NCBI GenBank assembly: GCA_951406725.2
Contig: OX597833.1
Location: forward strand, 70,432,001 to 70,496,000
Reading direction: 5' to 3'
DNA from: Octopus vulgaris
Taxonomy: Eukaryota
Length of the DNA stretch: 64,000 bases
The notes below the pieces were generated by a model. The model worked only from the letters and a program-made list of their open reading frames with translations. It was not told the DNA's origin and made no database searches. Positions 57,784-64,000 of this stretch are shown in pieces; the stretch's first letter is position 1, and every line of letters begins with the position of its first letter. Both the position numbers and the translations under genes were made by a program.

Positions 57784-57850
<67 letters not shown>

Positions 57851-58929
57851 CAGATAGATAGATAGGTAGGTAGATAGATAGATATCGCTTTACATTTTAC
57901 TTGTTTCAGATATTATACTGCGACCATGCTGGGGCACCGCCTTAAACAAATTTAGTCGAACGAATTTCCGTCAGCCAAATCCACACACAAGGTAAGGTAC
58001 CACGCAGTGGGACTGAACCCGAAGCCATTTGGTTGGTAAGCAAGCTACTTATCACAGGTGTGTGTGTGTGTGTGTGTAGATAATGTGGGGGGATGGTTCC
58101 CGTTAATGGTGAAACGCACGTATTGGGGGAAATCGAAATGGTGTCGAGGACAAAAACAGTTGAGAAGCACTGCCATAAAGGCCCCTTTTATTGCAGAGAA
58201 AGGGTCCATGATGAACAGACTCGTTTTCATTGATCATAGGACCGCCGAAAAGCGGCAGTCCCTGAAAAAGCACGGTCAGGACTACAATGGACCAATGGTT
58301 TCACAAGTGTCTACTTGGAATAAAGAGAAGGGAGTGTTTTTGGTGTCGTGGTGATAAAAATATATTTTAATGTCGGGACCCTTATCTCTGAACCCAGTTC
58401 ATTTCTCTTTTTCCTAAATCCACTTTTAAAGAACACCCAACGGAAGGAAATAAAGTCATTCTCTCTCTCTCTCTCTCAGTCTCCCACACTCTCTCTCTCT
58501 CTCAGTCTCCCACTCTCTCTCTCTCTCTCATTCTCTCTTACACTATTTATAAAAAGAAATATATATATACATACACACATATACGTACATACACCACACA
58601 TACATATATATATATATGAATATACACACACAAATATATATATATATATATATATAGGTGCAGGCGTGGCTGCGTGGTAAGATATGTGCTTCCCAACCAC
58701 ATGGTTCTGGGTTCAGTCCCACTGCGTGTCACCTCGGGAATCTTCTACTACAACTTTTGAGCTGAACAAAGCCTTGTGAGTGGATTTGATAGACGGAAAC
58801 TGAAAGAAGCTCATATATATATACATATATAAACTTAGATAAACTTAGATATGTTTCGACCAAAGATTGGTCCAGGCCATGTCTAACTTAATAGCACCAC
58901 CTGATAGGATTATCTAAATCCTGTTTAAG

Positions 58930-59372
58930 TCAAGTTTTGTTTATGGTCCATTCAAGTAGTGAGTTTTTGTTGAGTGACTTGTATTTGGGTACGGGTGGCT
59001 TATCCGGTATTCCTTGAATAGACTCCGTTTAAAGGTGATGGGATCCTTTTCCTCTTTGATCTCTTTCGGGATAATGTTAAACAGGGCACAGCCTGTTGAG
59101 GAAAAGAAATTATATCGCAGTGTACCTATATGCTGTGATCCTGAATTGGACAGGGGACAATAGCCCGTGGTCCCAGCCTTGGATCAACTTTGAAACTAAT
59201 GTTCAGGTCGTTTGGGCAATGCTGGCGGTATATTCTCCGCATCGTACAAATGATGTACCGCTCACGGTGGCATTGGAGAGAGTAGAGTTTCAAGCCTTTA
59301 AGGTGGTCCCAATAATCGAGATCAGTCATGCCTTCAATTCGTTTAGTGAGTGCCCTCTGGGGTGAGTCAATC
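58930..59372 (-). mobile_element. CR1/L2-like LINE 3' relic
   Basis: IDSPQRALTKRIEGMTDLDYWDHLKGLKLYSLQCHRERYII. Confidence 0.75.
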
Positions 59373-59836
59373 TTCGAGGTAAGGGTAGTTTGATGTTTGC
59401 ATTGTTCTAAGTTATGTTTTATGTTGTTCAGAAGTAGCAATGAGGGTAGTTTTTGTATGGAGCTGTGTGTGTATGATTTTCTAGTTGGCAGTGGGTGTGT
59501 GGTCCCTGTGTTTTGCATAAACGGTTGCTGATAGCTCGTTGGATCGCCTGGCTTAGGTCGGCCTTCATATTTTCTAGGTAAGTCAGTAAAAAAGAGTTGC
59601 CTCTTTGGTTTGCCACTTGGCCATATATATATATATATATATAGTTAATCCAAACAAGAAAGCACCAAAAATAAAACAACAATGCGAGGACGTGGAACAA
59701 ATATAGTATTATTGGACGCTCAGTAAAGAAGGAAAGAAGGAGGGTTTAACGTTTCGAGCGGAGCTCTTTGTCGGAAACATAGGAGAAGGAAAGGCAGAGG
59801 AAAAAAATCGCCAACGGTACACACTAGGTCACATTT

Positions 59837-59873
<37 letters not shown>

Positions 59874-60073
59874 ACCCAAACATGAAAACACAAAGAGAAA
59901 ACACAACAACGCGAGGACGTGGAACAAGTATAGTGTTACTGGACGCCCAGGAAAAGAAAGTAAGAAGGAGGATTTAACGGAGCTCTTCGTCAGAAACATA
60001 GGAAGAGGAAAGATCCAAGGAAGGGAAGACGGAGGAAAAAAAATCGCTAACGATACACACGCTATATATATAC

Positions 60074-60108
<35 letters not shown>

Positions 60109-61428
60109 TGTATATGTATATGTATATATAGTGGTTGTGTGGTGGTGGTGGTGGTGGTGGTGGTACAGGCAGCAGCGGCGGTTGTGATGTTATCAGCTGC
60201 GGGAAATTTGCAAATATTAAGGTCACTTGTTGGTTGAGGAATTGTGAAATAGTTTATCAACAGAGATGTAATTATTGAGTAAATTAATTACGTTGGATAA
60301 TGAGAGGAGGAGGACGAGGAGGAGGGGGGAAGAAAAAGAAGATGAAGAAGGGCGGGTGGGTTAGACTGAGGGTGGAGAAGGCGATGAGGGAGAAAGCGGG
60401 AAGAGAGAAAACGAGGGCGGCGGCGGACGAGGAGGAGGAGAAGGGAGAACGAGGGGAGGGGAATGGAGGGAAAGGTGGGGGTGTAGAAGGGATGATGGGA
60501 CGAGGGGGGACAGGGACACATTTTGAGGACGTTGTTGTTGTTGTTTAGCTCTTGATTGACATTGATCGAGCAGATCGAAGATCAAAAGCATTCCACGCGT
60601 GACCCTCCCATCTATACAGGGGACCCATGGTCACAATTATCCACCGTGTCCTCGGCCCCGGAAATCGATGAGACGCTGGGATTTCTTTCCTCTTTTTGTT
60701 TTATCTTTTACTTGTTTCAGTTATTTAGACTGCGGCCATGCTGGGGCACCGCATCGAAGAATGTTTAGTCGTGTGAATCAACGACAGTCCTTACGGTTTT
60801 CAAGCCTGGTACTTATTCTATCCGCCTCTAGTTGCCGAACCGCTATGTCACGGGGACGAAAACAAACCAACAGCAGTTGTCAAGCGATGGAGGGAAGGCA
60901 ACATACACGCACACACATACAAATACAGATATATGTGTGTATGTATGCATGTGTGTATATATTATGTACACATGCATGCACGTATGTATGCATGTGTGCA
61001 TGCGTGTATGCGTGTATGCATGCATGTGTGTATGCATGTGTGTATGCATGTGAGTAAGTGTGTATTATGTACGTATGTATGTATGTCATTGTTCAGTTTT
61101 ATTCCAAGATTTCTTACCAATAGTGAAAGAATTGGTTTCTATCCTAGATCCAAGGCTCCTTCATTGGAATTTCAACATCAACAACAGGGTATGTGTGTAT
61201 GTATGTGTGTATATGTGCAGATTTGTATATTTTGTTTTATGTATGTACTCTCGTGCATATAGTTGCATATCCAGACATGTGTGTGTGTGTTATATAAAGG
61301 GAGAGGGACAGACAGACAATAGAGACAGACAAACAGACAGGGACAGACAGACAGAGATGTGGTAAAGACAATGCGAAGGAGCGCATGTAGATAAGATAAA
61401 TAGGTGGGCGTTTGATTGCACATGTCTT

Positions 61429-61537
<109 letters not shown>

Positions 61538-61802
61538 AAAGCATCGGGCTGACAGAATCCTTCGCACCCCAGGTATTTCATCCGTCCATGCGTGTTGAGT
61601 TGAAATCCCTCTGAGGTCGACTTTGCCTTTCATCCGTTGGGGGATGGAGAGGGAAGGGGGCCATAATATAAGCACCAGTTGAGCACTGGGGGTCGATGCA
61701 ACCGACTTACCCCCACCATCGAAATTGCAGACCCTATGTTGCCTATAATAGAAAAGATTATTATATCTCTGACTTTCTGTCTCCCCCACCTCACTCTTTC
61801 TT

Positions 61803-61860
<58 letters not shown>

Positions 61861-62021
61861 GCACGCACACATAAGGGTTAGTAATAGAAATGGATATGTG
61901 TGTATGTATGCGCACATATGTTTATAAACATAAGGGTACATACATGCATACATACATATATTGTTTGTAGGAAAACAAATCCGGAGAAAAAGCACACTCT
62001 AAGATGTAGAGCAGTTGATAT

Positions 62022-62109
62022 TATAATGGGAGGGGCTGGTTTATGGGGTTACCCTGGTTTCCCCTTACGGTCGGGAAACCCAGGGCAACCCCATAAACCG
62101 GCCTGTCCC

Positions 62110-62115
<6 letters not shown>
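62022..62115. repeat. GC-rich ~94-nt hairpin (MITE-like) abutting (TA)n
   Basis: tataatggga..ggctggtttatggggttaccctgg tttccc [9-nt loop] gggaaa cccagggcaaccccataaaccggcc..tcccattata. Confidence 0.8.
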
Positions 62116-62179
<64 letters not shown>

Positions 62180-62530
62180 CGATTCTGTTTTAAAATGGCC
62201 GATAGAATAAGTGCCGGGTTGGAAATAAGTTGTGAGGGTCGATATGTTGGACTGAACCCTTCAAGGCGGTGTCCCAGGACGAGACGAGATTCTATGACTG
62301 AGACAAGCAAAAGAATAAAGGAACGCGAGGGCGTGGTACATGTAAAGTATTAGCAGACGCGGTCAGGGAGGGAAAGAAAGGTGGTTTTACGTTTCGAGCA
62401 AAGCTCTTCTTCAGGAACAGGAGAAAGAGGGAAAGCCCAAGAGAAAAGAAAGGCGGAGGAAAAAAATCGTCAACGATTCACATGTGGTTGCATTTTGAAA
62501 TATATATATGTGCGTGTGTGTCTATGTATG

Positions 62531-62589
<59 letters not shown>

Positions 62590-62597
62590 TTATATGC

Positions 62598-62630
<33 letters not shown>

Positions 62631-62643
62631 TAGACAGACAGCC

Positions 62644-62722
<79 letters not shown>

Positions 62723-63229
62723 CGGAAGACAGGAGAATGTTTATTGATCCCTACAACTGTTTCGACCTATCTAGCATCGATCCCTGACGGGTGGGATACT
62801 GAACAACTGGTTCAGGAGTATCGGGCGATGCTTCTCAGGTAGCATCCAACCACCAATCCTCAATAATTAGGGGATTATAGGGGAATATTTCAATAAGGAT
62901 ATCTAGGTTATCTGCTGATAAAGAAATATTTGATTCACTGCTGTAGCTAGGGCTGGCTACCGAGAGAAAATTCCATACATGAAAAGACACAGGCATACAC
63001 AACTCTGCGAATTCCTGCAGTAATAAATAGACGCTACACACCAACGCAACGATGCAGTCAGCGAACAGACTCGGGTCGAAAATACAGGTCAACAAAAAAA
63101 AATTGCTCGAAGCAATTAACTACAAACCAAAATTCATAGAGACACACACGACACAATAATAATTCTGCTGCTCATAACACAATACAATTGTCCCAGGCCT
63201 GTACAAAATAGACCAGATCAAATAAGCCA

Positions 63230-63402
63230 AGCAACAAATATAGGAATCATGATATCCTCCTGGGACCAACCCAAACCACGGTTCACATGTTTCAACGAAG
63301 AAGATCGCTACGGAATTTTTTGCCGGTGTTAGACAAATGTTTTCCAAAATCAAATCGATACCACACAGTGAAGGTATCATACGCAAACTCTATTAATTTA
63401 GA
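63230..63402 (+). mobile_element. Penelope-like ORF fragment
   Basis: WTNP-like piece followed by LDKCFPKSNRYHTVKVSYANSINL (compare PLE WFNPP...LDKHFP...TVKVSYSCMPN); HHR-remnant element at ~62725-62845, family shared with ~2125-2280. Confidence 0.65.
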
Positions 63403-63403
63403 G

Positions 63404-63436
<33 letters not shown>

Positions 63437-63471
63437 TTACTCCTTATCTATCTCTCTCTCTCTCTCTCTCT

Positions 63472-63564
<93 letters not shown>

Positions 63565-64000
63565 TTGCAACACTCCTGTCACAACCTGGGACCTTGAAGA
63601 CTGCTTTAATGCAAGAAAGTATACTAGTCCCTTAATATTTGATATTCAACATTTCATCTATTCAATAAGACAATCAATAATTCATTTCATTTTACTATAT
63701 ATATATTATTTATACTATATATTCTATATTCTACATTAATATCCTAAAGAATATATATAAAACATAAAAAACAGAGTTGGAATTTCTTTGAATAATATAT
63801 ATCCCTCTATACACAATCAGACAAACCCGTTGCTTTTACTCTCTGCCTGCGTGAATTATTTTCAAGTATTTTGGTTTCTCTAGGAGTCCCTTTTTAAAGT
63901 AGAAGAAATAGCTAAGATTTTTGGCTGCTATTTCTAAACTTCGGTATGTGGTAAAGCAAATCTTTGCTGAACCTTTTATTAAGTATATATATATATATAT

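Overview
AT-rich, microsatellite-saturated eukaryotic DNA. Its SINE families and microsatellite load suggest a coleoid cephalopod (Octopus-like); this is an inference. One host gene is supported: a minus-strand PLAT/LH2 + lipoxygenase-family gene with four coding exons in the window (41337-41825, 9400-9444, 1033-1164, 1-40 running off the left edge). The ORF track shows only the first; introns are about 31.9 kb, 8.2 kb and 1 kb. The rest is repeats: tRNA-derived SINE families, non-autonomous Helitrons (two nested in a Gypsy pol relic), R4/Dong-like fragments in (TAA)n, RTE, CR1/L2-like, Tc1/mariner and Penelope-like (GIY-YIG) relics. The most striking unannotated signal is more than 15 minimal type I hammerhead ribozyme (HHR) motifs in several unrelated short elements between (TA)n/(TACA)n tracts. 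They include a 353-nt monomer with ~100-nt terminal redundancy, a 257-nt tandem dimer, compensatory U3-A8 and G3-C8 cores, and fold-backs that turn at the ribozyme. This resembles a retrozyme/non-autonomous Penelope system. Everything was read by eye; repeat boundaries are approximate and no ribozyme activity is shown.
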